Shown: in pieces, positions 39,458 through 52,714 of the stretch
Layout: every line of letters begins with the position of its first letter
How positions within the stretch are numbered: the stretch's first letter is position 1
From: Octopus vulgaris
Taxonomy: Eukaryota
Length of the DNA stretch: 64,000 bases
Reading direction: 5' to 3'
Assembly: GCA_951406725.2 (NCBI GenBank)
Contig: OX597829.1
Span: 37,944,001-38,008,000 of the forward strand
Notes under the pieces: model-generated
Seen by the model: only the letters and a program-made list of their open reading frames with translations
Databases searched by the model: none
Told to the model about the DNA's origin: nothing
Made by a program: the position numbers and the translations under genes

Positions 39458-41849
39458 CTAAAAAGAAAAAATAAACATAAAAGAATTGTGTGTGCATGTG
39501 TGTGTGTGAGTGTAAATTTAATACACAACCAAAAGAGTTACTTATAATTTCATGTTTTCATGGTACTTTAACTAGGCATATTCATAAAAATACGCCATGC
39601 ATCTCCAAGCAATTTTTCAGGCTTGGAGATACATAGCGTATTTTATAAACATGCCTAGTTAAAGTATCATAAAGGCACGAAACTATTAGTAATTCTCTTA
39701 GTTGTGTGTGTGTATATATACATATATATACATACATATATACATACATACATACATATATACATACATACATATATACATACATATATATACATACATA
39801 CATATATATATATATACATTTCGTCTTTTGTTTATTTCCGTAAACCTGCCTTCGTCTTTTGTCTATTTTCATAAAGCTTCCCGTTATATATATATATATA
39901 CAGTTTTTTGTGGAAACCATGGTTTGCTTGGTTCTCTTACTTAATTATCATCTTATAATCATCTCATAATAATGACTTTTATTACTACCTCAGTCAATCT
40001 AAATGTATATATTTGTCGTTACCTGTCATAAAAAGCCTTTTTTTATTTACAATATGCATTTTCGTTGATTTTTCATATTTTACCCTTACATTTCCATGTG
40101 TATTTTATATTTTCTTTTTGTAACATATTTCTACTATATATATATATAAATTAGAAAAAAACCACCTTTTATTAATTCAAAATGAACAATTAAATTACAC
40201 CATCTAGAAAATTACATATAATAGAAATCATCATCATCATCATCGTCGTTTAATGGCTGCTTTCCATGCTAGCATGGGTTGGACAGTTTGACTGTAGGCT
40301 GGCGAACCAGATGGCTGCACCAGGCTCCAGTCTTGATATTAAAATTAAAATAACAATAATATACTGATGATTAAGTAAATTGCAAAATAATAAAAACGTA
40401 TATATTTGGTATAAAAACGTATATAATGGGTAGCAATTTTCTTCACTACTTCAGGGAGTGATGACCCTGCCTGACACAAGTCCGGGGTTCAGCTGGTTCC
40501 AGCTGACAGTACCTGGTATGGGCCCCTACCCAAGGTTATAGAAAGAAGAAAACTTTCAAAGAAATCTAGAGTGGAGCCCCGTAGGCGGTTTAGTGTTCAA
40601 CTCAACACTCTTCTGGCACCTCCTGCAACCAAGCTGGTGCCAAACATACATAATGCTCTCCACTCCTTTGGACTATGTCAGCAAAGTTGAGAGAGGAATC
40701 TTGACGATAGGGCTACCCAGGATTTTCTTACATCTAGCCCAGGCCTGTGCAAAATTTATGCGCAACTCCATTGTCGCCCGAGACAAAAGGATGCCAAAAG
40801 CAATATATGTACATACAGAAGAAGTATGAACCTATATCCTTCAGGAAGTTACCTTTGTTGCTATTGCTATTGCAAATGTCAAGTGTAAATTTTTTTTTTT
40901 TAATTTGCATGTCATTAGTGCGATATTGATGCAGCACATCCAACAATAATCTCAGAAATAGGCACAAGGTCAACACTTGTGATAGGAAGATGATAAGTTG
41001 ATCCCAGTACTTGTACTTTATTTTATCAACCCTAAAGGGATGAAAAGCGAAGTTGACATTGGTAGGATTGGAACTCGGAACATAAAAAGAGACAAAATGA
41101 TGTACTGCAAGGTATGTTTATGTTTCTGGTGCTTGGATGATGTATCAGCTCATTTGCCTTAGTAACAATTAACAATAGTCAACAACAATTTGAAAGTTGT
41201 CTAACATATCAAAATTGAAGACAAGGTAAAGAATTTTAATGAGCTCATCAAAATATATTTAGTCAATTATTCTAGTAAATTTAAGGTTATTTTACAGGAT
41301 ATTAAATCTGCTTGCGAAGACCTCTTGAGGCAAGTGAGATCAAAATCAAAATCAAATTCAACAACTGGCATCAGTGCTAGCGGGGTGCAAAGAGCACCAA
41401 AAGAGCACCATTCGAGTGTGATTGTTACCAGTGTCACCTTACTGGCACTTGTGCCTGTGCTTGTAGGGTGCCAAGAGCACCATCCGAGCGTGATCATTGC
41501 CAGAGCAGCCAACTGGCTCCGTGCCAATGGCACATAAAAGGGCGCCATTCGAGGGTGATCGTTACCAGCATCGCCTTACTGGCACCTGTGCTGGTGGCAT
41601 GTGTAAAAGGATTCGAGCGAGGTCATTGCCAGTGCCGCCAACACCCACTACACTCTTGGAGTGGTTGGCGTTAGGAAGGGCATCCAGCTGTAGAAACTCT
41701 ACTAGCACAGGCACAAGTGCCAGTAAGGTGACACTGCCAGATCAAGATTGGAGCCTGGTGCGGCTGTCTGGTTCGCCAGCCCTCAGTCAAAATCGTCCAA
41801 CCCATGCTAGCATGGAAGGCAGACGTTAAACGATGATGATGATGATGAT

Positions 41850-42278
41850 TGGCAGACACCCATAAAATTATTAACCATCTTACAAACAATAACTCTGAGC
41901 ACCTTTTCAAACTCCACCTGTCTAACACCCGTGGACATATTTACAAAGTCAGAAAACAGCACAGCTCCCATGACTTTCAGAAACATTTTCTCACGCTAAG
42001 AGTTGCTGAAGCATGGAACAAACTGCCGACATCAGTTGTTAGTTGTCAGAGCACTGCATCCTTCAAAACTTCCATGCTTCCTGAGATTTGCCAACACTAC
42101 ACCTGATTTTCTCCCCTCCATACACATGCAAGCATGTATCTGACTCATACACTGTTCACTTTCCAGACATTTCTACATTACTGCATATACTTTATACACA
42201 CTTTTTGCCAAGTTGTGGTGCACCTGAGCACTGCATACAATAATTTCATTATTATTATTATTATTATTATTACTATTA
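41850..42278 (+). mobile_element. CR1-clade LINE 3' end
   Basis: TRGHIYKV...HFLTLRVAEAWNKLP...FK; (ATT)n tail. Confidence 0.85.
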
Positions 42279-42497
42279 TCAGAATTTGAATAAGTTCATC
42301 AAAATATATTTAGTCGATGATTCTAGAAAACTTAATGTTATTTTACAGGATATTACCAGTACTAACAGTGGTGGTATTATCCAAGACATAACAACAATAA
42401 CAATGCTAGGACGAAGTCTCAGTAAAGCATTGAAGAACGCGTGAATCACTTAAGTTATATATCAATCACTATATTGGAAACTAAATAAAATACTTAC

Positions 42498-42589
42498 CAG
42501 AATCAAAAAAATTCATATCAACAACATGACCATATTTGGAAACATCAACGTTGTGAGTTACAGCTGCACTCACTTTTCCTGATTCTAAC
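42498..42589 (-). CDS. PIK3R4: PIK3R4 exon (LESGKV...GHVVDMNFFDS)
   Basis: 92 nt, TAG/GTAAGT. Confidence 0.9.
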
Positions 42590-42619
42590 CTAAATAATGA
42601 AATAAAACAGGATATTTAA

Positions 42620-42662
<43 letters not shown>

Positions 42663-44029
42663 CGTGTGTGTAACTCAGTTTCGTCCCAAAAGCCACAGTT
42701 ATGCTGGGGCACCACCATTGACTTTTCTACACTGTCGTTATTTGAAACCTCCTTTGATATGTGACATTTAAAGAATGAGGGAGTCTGATGCAGGCCAGTT
42801 TGAATATGAAAACAAATAGAATATTTGGACAGGATATGGCCATTGTCTTGAGTTAAGGATATGAAGTTAGGGAAAAGCAACCAGACCATCCAGGAGTGTT
42901 GTTGAGGCCGCTGAAAATGCCCGTGAAGCAGGACAAGTGTAGGTCATTTGCATAATCAGTCAGGTAACAATACTGTGGTGTAATGATGAATGAGTGGCTG
43001 CTGCCGCCGCCGCCGCCACCACCACCACCACCACCACCACCATCATCATCATTTAACGTCAGCGTTCCATGCTAGGATGAGACAGTGCCACAAGAGCTGG
43101 CCAGGTTGAAGCCTGTGACTGTTTTGGCAACGTTTTTACAGCTGGATGCCCTTCTGAACACAAACCACTTTACAGTGTGGACTCAGTGTTTTTTATGTGG
43201 CACAAGCATAGGCAAAGTCAGTTTTGGCAACGTTTTTACAGCTGGATGCCTTTCCAAACACCAACCACTTTACAGTGTGGACAGGGTTACCAAGTACTTG
43301 CAAGACAAAAACTTTTAAGAGGGGAAGAGGCATTGGAGCAAGTGATAATGAAAAGGCTATAGTGAGACATATAGGTGTCTTGCTCAAGATGAAGTACAAG
43401 GTTACCTGGCCGGAGAGAGAAAGATCGGGAATGAAGACAGAAAAAGGTGTGTTATCACAAAGAAAATACATGGTTGTCCAACCTGAGGGAAGTGCAGGAG
43501 AAGGAGAGAGAGTGGGAGACCGGAGGATGGAGATGGTGGCAAAATACTGGGCACACTCACAAGGAATGGGGATCAGAGTATAAATGAGATGGTTGAGTAA
43601 AGGAAGGGAGAGATATAGATAGTGGCAAGCGCCATGGCATACCCTTGAGGTTTAAATGCCATAATATAAGTGACAGGATATTGCAAAGGGAGTGCAATTA
43701 AAGAGTGCGAGTAAGTGGCAAAAGACCTAGGTATATATATATATAGAGTTGGAGGGGCTACTGGTTGCACTGATACCAAGGAACAGGGGTGTGAGGACAA
43801 GATTGGGGTGTGAGAATTAGACAGTGAGTGAAGGAGGAAATATGAGAAAGAGATGTAAATTGGTTAGTTGGGGGTAGGGTGAGGGAAAAGTTTTCTTGTT
43901 ATGTGTGGGTGGAACACCCAGGTCAGGGGCTAGCAGATGGCAATAATGGAGTGAGACAGAGCATATCATTATTTATTTATAATAGAAAGAAACAGCTATA
44001 AAAGCATTAAATTGAAGAATCTGATAATG

Positions 44030-44400
44030 AAAATGACAGAAAAAGTTATAGCACAACTGACTGAGAAGAAAATTAGTTTAGACGAGTTTCAGTTTGGGTT
44101 TGTGACAGGAATAAGCACTACCAATACCCTTTTCCTCATAAGATAAATTTAGAAGTTCTTAGCCAAGAGTAAGTCGTTATACCGAACACTTATTGCCAGG
44201 AGTTAGTATTGCCTATACCCTCTTCCTCATAAGACAACTTTTAGAAGTCCTTAGATAAAAGTCACTGTACCTCATTATACCTAACATTCATTGACCTAGA
44301 GAAGGTATTTGACAAGTAGTGTGATGGTCATTAAGAAAACTTGGTGCATATGAGTGGGTTATGAGAATGGTGTAAGCCATAAGCAAAGAGTTGAAAATAA
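44030..44400 (+). mobile_element. Highly degenerate RTE reverse transcriptase fragment
   Basis: QFGFVTGISTT and FIDLEKVFD remnants. Confidence 0.6.
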
Positions 44401-44592
44401 ACTTGAATAAGAATAATTCTATATCTGGCTGACCGTGAAGAATTTGATTTAACAGTATCAGAACAAGAGATGAAATTGACAACAGCTTTCAGTTATATAT
44501 TACTAAGGACCAAGGATTGGTGTAGTCACATCATTATCAAATCATGTAATATAAATTCTAAACGAAAGGGAAAAAAAATATTCTGAACTTAC

Positions 44593-44677
44593 TTGAAAAC
44601 TTGAATTGAACCATTGTCAGATGCTGATGCCAACATGTCTGTACCTTTACAGAAAGCCATATGCTGAATGTGGCCAC
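44593..44677 (-). CDS. PIK3R4: PIK3R4 exon (GHIQHMAFCKG...SDNGSIQVF)
   Basis: 85 nt, CAG/GTAAGT. Confidence 0.92.
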
Positions 44678-47600
44678 CTGAAATATGATTTCAAAATTAG
44701 AATGAAATTAGTTAATTTGATTATCAGATGGAATAAATGGCAATGTTTTTAATCGTCGTCATTATCATTTAACGTCCGTTTTCCACGCTAGCATGGGTCG
44801 GACGGTTCGACCGGAGTCTGGAAGCCATGGACGCTGCACCAGGCTCTAGTCTGATTTGGCAGTGTTTCTACAGCTGGATGCCCTTCCCTTCCTAATGCCA
44901 ACCACTCCATGAGTGTAGTGGGTGTTTTTTACGTGCCACCGGCACAGGGGCCAGAGCAGGCTGGCAAACGGCCACAATCGGTTGGCGCTTTTACGTGTCA
45001 CAGACACGGATGCCAGCCAGATGGCGCTGGCATCTGCCACGTTCGGACGGTGCTTTTTACGTGTCACCGGCACGGGTGTCTTAACTACAATTTCCATTTG
45101 AATTTTTATTTTGATGTTGGTGTACTTGACTCAATAGGTCTCTTCAAGAATAGTGGGTCACTCTACGATCCAGGGTTAGCGCAGCCGGCCGTCCTGCGAG
45201 CCATGAGTGAAAAAAACAATACCCTGCACTGTCAAAGGAGGGTATTTGTGATCAAAGAATATTTTTTAAAATATGTGGAAATGAAAGTGCTGATGTCAGA
45301 TATGAAGATGTAGCATGGCAGAGAAGGTAATACAATATTGAATCAAGCCATTATTAGCAGCTGTGCAAGCTTGAAATAATGGAGTTTTAAATGATAATGT
45401 GTTGTGTTTACACAACACATACACATACTATTCTATATGAAAAATGATTCTGGCTGTGTTTGAATATATCGCCTGAGTTACACAACCATAGGCACAGGAG
45501 TGGCTGTGTGGTAAGTAGCTTGCTTACCAACCACATGGTTCCGGGTTCAGTCTCACTGCGTGGTGTCTTGGGCAAGTGTCTTCTGCTATAGCCCCGGGCT
45601 GACCAAAGCCTTGTGAGTGGATTTGGTAGACGGAAACTGAAAGAAGCCTGTCGTATATATGTATATATATATATATGTATGTATGTGTATATGTTTGTGT
45701 GTCTGTGTTTGTCCCCCTAGCATTGCTTGACAACCGATGCTGATGTGTTTACGTGCCCGTCACTTAGTGGTTCAGCAAAAGAGACAGATAGAACAAGTAC
45801 TGGGCTTACAAAGAATAAGTCGTGGGGTCGACTAAAGGTGGTGCTCCAGCATGGCCACAGTCAAATGACTGAAACAAGTAAAAGAGTAAAGAGTAAAGAG
45901 TAACCAGGGATATTTTTGATCTCCAGCTTTCTGGTCACATTGCTATTTTCAAATGAAACATACTATACCTGTTATTCTGTACTTTTTACAGAATAACAAT
46001 AACAATAATATAAAAATCAACTGTATCAGTAACCCTTCTTCAATCCATATTAAACTGACTCTAATATGTCATCATACCATCACAGTCAAACCTTCTTCAT
46101 AACTGGAAGATTTTTTTTAAAGTCTTTTTTAATGAATTAGCTAGAAGGAAAAGGATAGCACTCATGACATCAGAGACTGGTATGAGGAAGGGAGGAGCTT
46201 ATTCTCAGACCAGAGGACTGACCCAAATACTTGCCACATAGTGGACTTCACTAAAAAGCACCCAAAAGCCAGATGCTTGTGTTAAACCAGCTGACCGATT
46301 GGGTTTGCTAGTCAAGGACAGAGAAAGTTACTCTGACAGACTTTCACACAGTTACTGCCTACCAAGTTTCATTCACAAGGCTTTGGTCAACCCAATGCTA
46401 TAGTAGATGGCATTAGCCCTAATTGCCATGTCATCATCATCATCATCATCATCATCGTTTAGCGTCCGTTTTCCATGCTAGCATGGGTTGGACGGTTCAA
46501 CTGGGGTCTGTGAAGCCGGAAGGCTTCATCAGGCCTAGTCAGATCTGGCAGTGTTTCTACGGCTGGATGCCCTTCCTAACGCCAACCACTCTGTGAGTGT
46601 AGTGGGTGCTTTTTACGTGCCAGACAGAGCTGGCAAACGGCCACGAACGGATGGTGCTTTTTATGTGCCACCGGCACGGGGGCCAGGCGAGGCTGGCAAC
46701 GGACATGAACGGATGGTGCTTTTTACGTGCCACCGGCACGAGGCCAGTCAGGGCGGCGCTGGCAACGGTCACGAACGGATGGTTCTCTTACATGCCACCG
46801 GCACTGGTAACACATCTGCAATTTCCATTGATCGATTTCGATTCTGATCCCTCATGTAGAGGGATCAAATCCAGAATGACACAATATGAAATAAACTTTT
46901 TAACCAATAGCTGTACCATTTGGAAATAATGAAGCTAAGGTATAATACTGGTGCAATACCAATTTTCCAGACACTGATGGTCTGGAATCTCTTATAATCT
47001 ACACTCATTTATGAATAAAAACTTCAAATTCCATGAATGCCAGACTAGTTTATTGCACCTTACACAGTAGAGTATTAATAAACTTGTTTCATTCATATTA
47101 ATGATACAGGGACCCTGTATTTCATTTAATTATTTAAGTAAATATAATGTTTGTTTAATTTAGAATGTGTTGACGAAAGTGACCATTGTTGGTTCAGAAA
47201 AAAGGAACTAATACACACACACACATATATACTGAATGTCCCATGAGACAAAGAAAATATTGTTACATAACCATCCAATCTGCTAAAAGAAGCAGCCAAA
47301 ATCTCCCTCAAATCAAACTTGCTAACTTAATGTGGGAAGGGCATATTAGGTAATATAGTTCTAAGGTGGCGAGCTGGCAGAAACGTTAGCACGCCGGGCG
47401 AAATGCGTAGCCGTATTTCGTCTGCCGTTACGTTCTGAGTTCAAATTCCGTCGAGGTCGACTTTGCCTTTCATCCTTTCGGGGTCGATAAATTAAGTACC
47501 AGTTACGTACTGGGGTCGATGAAATTGACTTAATCTGTTTGTCTGTCCTTGTTTGTCCTCTCTGTGTTTAGCCCCTTGTGGGTAGTAAAGAAACAAATAT

Positions 47601-48797
47601 AGTTCTATATTCTGCCTAAAAAGACAGCTGGAATGCTTTGATTACATATATTTGCAAATATAGCAAACATATGACCAAACAACAACTCCCAGCTAACAAA
47701 AGCAGAAGGCATTTTTTTTCTTTATATCTTCAGGAGAAAGCTTAGCACCAATGAGAAGACTACAAATTTAATACTTTCCATCACAAAGAGTAAATCAAAT
47801 TACTCAAATTGGTCAAATGTTTTGTGCTTAAGATATTACTGTCATCCTTCCTGCTTTGATATGCCTATCGAAAAGATAATCAATATTCTCAACCGAAAAT
47901 GACTTACTGAAGAGAAATTGATCACCAAAATGAAAGCAAAGATGGAAAAGAAAGAAATAAGAAATTTTAAAGGATTTTTTTCCCAAATTTTTTGTTTGTA
48001 GTTCCAAAATATTAACAAAAGAAATCTTTCTTAGATCTGCTTCACGAACGTGAAAACAAAAAAAAAACAAAACAACCAACATGGGCACACTTTCTGGGTG
48101 TGCTAGGTGAATGTTGCACCAATCATTAAAGATGGTAAATTTTCTTAATAAGAAGTTCTGTTCTTGCAGTATCATTGTAATATAATCAAGGCATAATTTG
48201 TTTTGAAACCTAATAATGTACATTCAAAAACAAAGATTAAGTCTAGAAATATACTCAAGCTTGTATGTTTATATTTATGTCTGTTTCTTTATTGCCCACA
48301 AGGGGCTAAACATAGAGGGGACAAACAAGGACAGACAAACGGATTAAGTCGATTACATCGACCGCAGTGTGTAACTGGTACTTAATTTATCGACTCCGAA
48401 AGGATGAAAGGCAAAGTCGACCTCGGTGGAATTTGAATTCAGAACGCAATGGCAGACGAAATACCTATTTCTTTACTACCCACAAGGGGCTAAACACAGA
48501 GGGGACAAACAAGGACAGACAAACGGATTAAGTCGATTACATCGACCCCAGTGTGTAACTGGTACTTAATTTATTGACCCTGAAAGGATGAAAGGCAAAG
48601 TCAACCTTGGCGGAATTTGAACTCAGAACGTAACGGCAGACGAAATACGGCTACGCATTTCACCCGGCGTGCTAACGGTTCTGCCAGCTCGCCGCCTTTG
48701 TTTATGTTTATATTTATATCATGGTAGTAAATGGAAGCACAGCAGCACACACTTTACCACAATCACCATACACCAGTAATAAGAAACTGTTTGTTAC

Positions 48798-48928
48798 CTT
48801 GCTTGTTATAAGTAAACTTTGACCGGTTAGCGACGCTTTTTCCCTCCAACTGGCCGCAGTCCCATAACTTCATAGTTCCATCATTGGAACAGGTGGCAAA
48901 CATGGAATGGTCTGTACACACAGCAATC
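48798..48928 (-). CDS. PIK3R4: PIK3R4 exon (IAVCTDHSMFATCSNDGTMKLWD...YNKQ)
   Basis: 131 nt, AAG/GTAACA; WD repeat. Confidence 0.93.
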
Positions 48929-49145
48929 CTTAAAAATAAAAGAGTAACTTAATGATAAAACGGTAATAAAATACTGAAGGAGACTACATGATTGATTGGT
49001 CTAAAACAGTTGGACAGTCCTTAAATTATATCTTAAGTAAAGGCATCTATGTTGGACAATATGTACAAAAAGACAAGGCGGTTGTGGCTGAAATAACTCT
49101 GACACCATATCATTAACATTACTCTAATGCCATTTATTTACCAAT

Positions 49146-49416
49146 TGCAGCATGGAAGGTGTTTATAAGCCATTTAAGAAACACACAAAAACCGTTAGAT
49201 TCACTTCAACATATAAATGCAGCACAAAGTTTTGTCAGTGAACAGGTCACGGTCTCAAAGCGACGAAAATATTTTGACGAATTAAATTTAAATGTTGAAG
49301 TGAATCTAATGGTTTTTGTGTGTTTCTTAAATGGCTTATAAACACCTTCCACACTGCAATTGTTTTCGTTCCAGCACACGATCTCAGATCAGATCACTTG
49401 CTATGCAAGTACATCT
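49146..49416 (+). mobile_element. Non-coding PLE-type element: inverted partial copy plus hammerhead-bearing copy, 16-bp TSD
   Basis: TSD CCATTTATTTACCAAT at 49130 and 49417; 49142-49217 is the reverse complement of about 49285-49362. Confidence 0.8.
49231..49281 (+). ncRNA. Variant type I hammerhead (G3-C8 core)
   Basis: TTTGTCA-GTGAACA-G-GTCAC..GCGAC-GAAA-ATAT-TT-TGACGAA. Confidence 0.65.
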
Positions 49417-51110
49417 CCATTTATTTACCAATACCATGGAAGTCATCAAAGTACCAATTACATTGTGTAGCCTTCCAAAGAATTAGAGGGTCAGCAGCAA
49501 ACATTTCATGTAAAAGAGTACGTTTCATTTTGTTTCGTTAAGATGGGGCTCCAACATTATCTTGATAATCCAGCTTGATGAAGGTGAATTAAATTTCAGC
49601 AACCAGTCAGTGATTAATGCTACAGCATATTTTTATATGTTCCTAATCAACAGTAACTGATTTCTACTTGAATTACTGTCTGAAGAACATGTAAAATCCA
49701 TAGGTGTTGCAACATAGCGAATGGATATTTCCCAATTCTAGTTAATTCATCATCATCATTGTTTAACGTCTGCTTTTCATGCTAGCATGGGTTGGACGAT
49801 TTTGACTGAGAGCTGGCGAACCAGATGGCTGCACCAGGCTCCAATCTTGATTTGGCAGAGTTTCTACAGCTTGATGCCCTTCCTAATTCCAACCACTCCG
49901 AGAGTGTAGTAACTCCGAGGGTGTAGCCACTCCGAGAGTGTAGTAATTGTGATATACATATATTTATACATGTTTAGCTGAACTGTTACAGTCCACACTT
50001 GTGATCCTTTGTACTCTTCAAACTCAACAATCTAACTTCATTAAAGTCACACACCCACAAAAACAGTATATATTAGTTAACTGAAGATGGATGTATGCGT
50101 TAGATATGCTTGGTGACTGAACTTTCTGTATCTTGTGTTCCTGTGGCTCTACGTTGTCCTTCATTGAAATCTAGTTCACATAGGGTTGAACTTGTTTAGA
50201 GGTTCTTAGTTTCTTGGTTTGTGGTGGTTTTGTTGTTATAATATCATAGATTTGACATTGCAAGGTTGTTCTTCATTGGGATTCTAATTCTGGTTAATAC
50301 CAGTTTAAGGGTTTCTAGTTTCTAGTGGTTTTGTTGCACACACACAAACATGCACACACACACACACATATATATATAATACATACACACACGCACATGT
50401 ATGTATGTACATATGTATGTCTGTGTCCAGTTTTCCATGATGGCATGGATTTGTTGTCATCAAGGTCTGCGTCAGTTCTTATTCAGACTTACTGTCCTTC
50501 AAGATGGCTCAAGCAACACTTGGTCCTCTGGCATGTCTTGGAAGGTAGGAATTCTGGTTAAGAACTGACCTGAATCATGATGACACATACATGGAAAACA
50601 TATAAAATGATGCTGATAATAGGTACACATATACACACATGCACAAACATATAATCCATTTGTGGAGGCACATAGCCTAGTGGTTAGAGCAGCGGACTCG
50701 CAGTCGAGGGATTGCGGGTTCGAATCTCAGACCGGGGGATGTGTGTGTTTATGAGTGTAAACACCTAAGCTCCACGTGGCTCTGGCAGAAGGTAATGGTG
50801 AACTTCTGCTGACTCTTTTGCCACAACTTTCTCTCACTCTTTCCTCCTGCATCTTGCAGCTCACCTGCGACGGACCGGTGTCCCGTCCAGGTGGGGAACC
50901 TATACGCCAAGGAAACCGGTAAACCGGCCCTTATGAGCCAGGCATGGCTTGAGAAGGAACAAACAACAAAAAGAAGATATAATCCATTTGCAGACTTAGA
51001 ACCTTACTAATTTCCATTATGTAATACTGAAAAAAAAAAAAACTTATTCTATTTGCAACATTTGAATCAAATCACGAAGCTAGCATTCCTTGGATATTTC
51101 TAAAACTTAC

Positions 51111-51300
51111 CTATTAACAACTGATTTGTGTTCTTGCATGTGAGCAACAAGTTGACCTTTAGGTTTCCAGTTCTGTGGAGGAAAAATCTGGTCAAGCCCA
51201 ACACCTTCCAAAATATCTTTAGTCCGGATGTCAGCTTCATATTGCTCTCTTCTGCGATTTACCAAATTTCTTAAGTCTTGTTTGCAAGGTGCGTAACGTG
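51111..51300 (-). CDS. PIK3R4: PIK3R4 exon (RYAPCKQDL...HMQEHKSVVN)
   Basis: 190 nt, TAG/GTAAGT; start of WD40 domain. Confidence 0.95.
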
Positions 51301-51484
51301 CTAAAAGTAAATGGTAAATGTAAGGAAACTGTTCAAACAAGTTTATAGCAATAAAATGTAAAACCTTAGTTTCAAAATTATTCTGTTTTCATATTTGTCA
51401 AAGCTTTTAATCATAAATGATCAACATTTTCACTGTCATAAGATAACTGATGTTTAGACATCATCATAATCATCATCATCTCTT

Positions 51485-51516
<32 letters not shown>

Positions 51517-51517
<1 letters not shown>

Positions 51518-52690
51518 CATCATCATCGGTTAACGTCCATTTTCCATGCTAGTACGGGTTGGACGGTTAGACTGGGGTCTGGGAAGCCAGGGGCTGTAGC
51601 AGGCTCCAGTTTGATCTGGCAGTGTTTCTACAGCTGGATGCCCTTCCTAACGCCAACCACTCCGCGAGTGTAGTGGGTGCTTTTTACGTGCCACCTGCAC
51701 AGGTGCCAGGGGGGGGTCTGGCATTGGCCACGATCGGTTGGTGCTTTTAATGTGCCACCAGCATGGAAGCCAGCCAAGGCGGCGCTGGCATCGGCCACGT
51801 TTGGATGGTGCTTTTTATGTGCCACCAGCACAGAAGCCAGTCGAGGTGGCGCTGGCATCGGCCACGTTCGGATGATGCTTTTTATGTGCCACCAGCACAG
51901 AAGCCAGTCAAGGCGGCGCTGGCAACGGCCACGTTTGGATGATGCTTTTTATGTGCCACCAGCACAGGTATCACAACTACTATTTCCATTGATATTTGTT
52001 TTGATGTTCATGTACATGCACTTGACTCAACAGGTCTCCTCAAGCACAGCGAGATGTTCTGGGATCCAAGGTACTTTGAATGGGCAGGGGCTATGCGGAA
52101 CTGGTGCCGGAAGCATCCCGGGTCTTTGTAGTCACAGCACATCTCCAGAGATCTTGGTCCTTCGCCATTGCCTCAGTGAGGCCCAACGCTCTGAGGTCAT
52201 GCTTGACTACCTCATCCCATGTCTTCCTGGGTCTACCTCTCCCCCTGATTCCTTCAACTGTTTGGGAGCGGCACTTCTTCACACATCTCTCCTCATCTGT
52301 CCGCAGTACATGACCATACCATCGCAAGCGTCGCTCTTGCACACCGCATCTGATGCTTCTTATGTCTAGCATTTCTCTCAGGGTGCTTACACTCTGTCAT
52401 GCATTCACACTGACATTACACATCCAGTGGATCATGCTAGTTTCATTTCTTTCAAGTCTACGCATGTCCTCTGCAGTCACCGCCCATGTTTCACTACCGT
52501 GAAGCATGGCAGTTCGCACGCATGCATCATACAATCTACCTTTCACTCTGAGTGAGAGACCCTTTGTCGCCAGTAGGGGTAGGAGCTTTCTAAACTTTGC
52601 CCAGGCTATTCGTATTCTAGTGGTGACACTCTCTGAGCATCCACCTCCACTACTAACTTGGTCACCCAGGTAGCGGAAACTATCAACTAC
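51517..52690 (-). mobile_element. RTE-clade LINE 3' portion continuous with its tandem-repeat UTR
   Basis: RRLRWYGHV...GRGRPRKTWD ORF runs into the (GAT)n-tailed repeat. Confidence 0.88.
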
Positions 52691-52714
52691 TATATATATA
52701 TATATACATACACA

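Noticed and set aside
40360-40410. CTGATGA...AAAACGTA hammerhead-like remnant (also 10490-10530)
   Set aside because: G12 is missing, the stems are weak and the context is AT-rich, so it cannot be told from chance.
51660-51970. Regularly spaced repeats of about 60 bp resembling a CRISPR array
   Set aside because: The spacers are homologous to each other, there are no cas genes, and they form a LINE 3' UTR tandem repeat.
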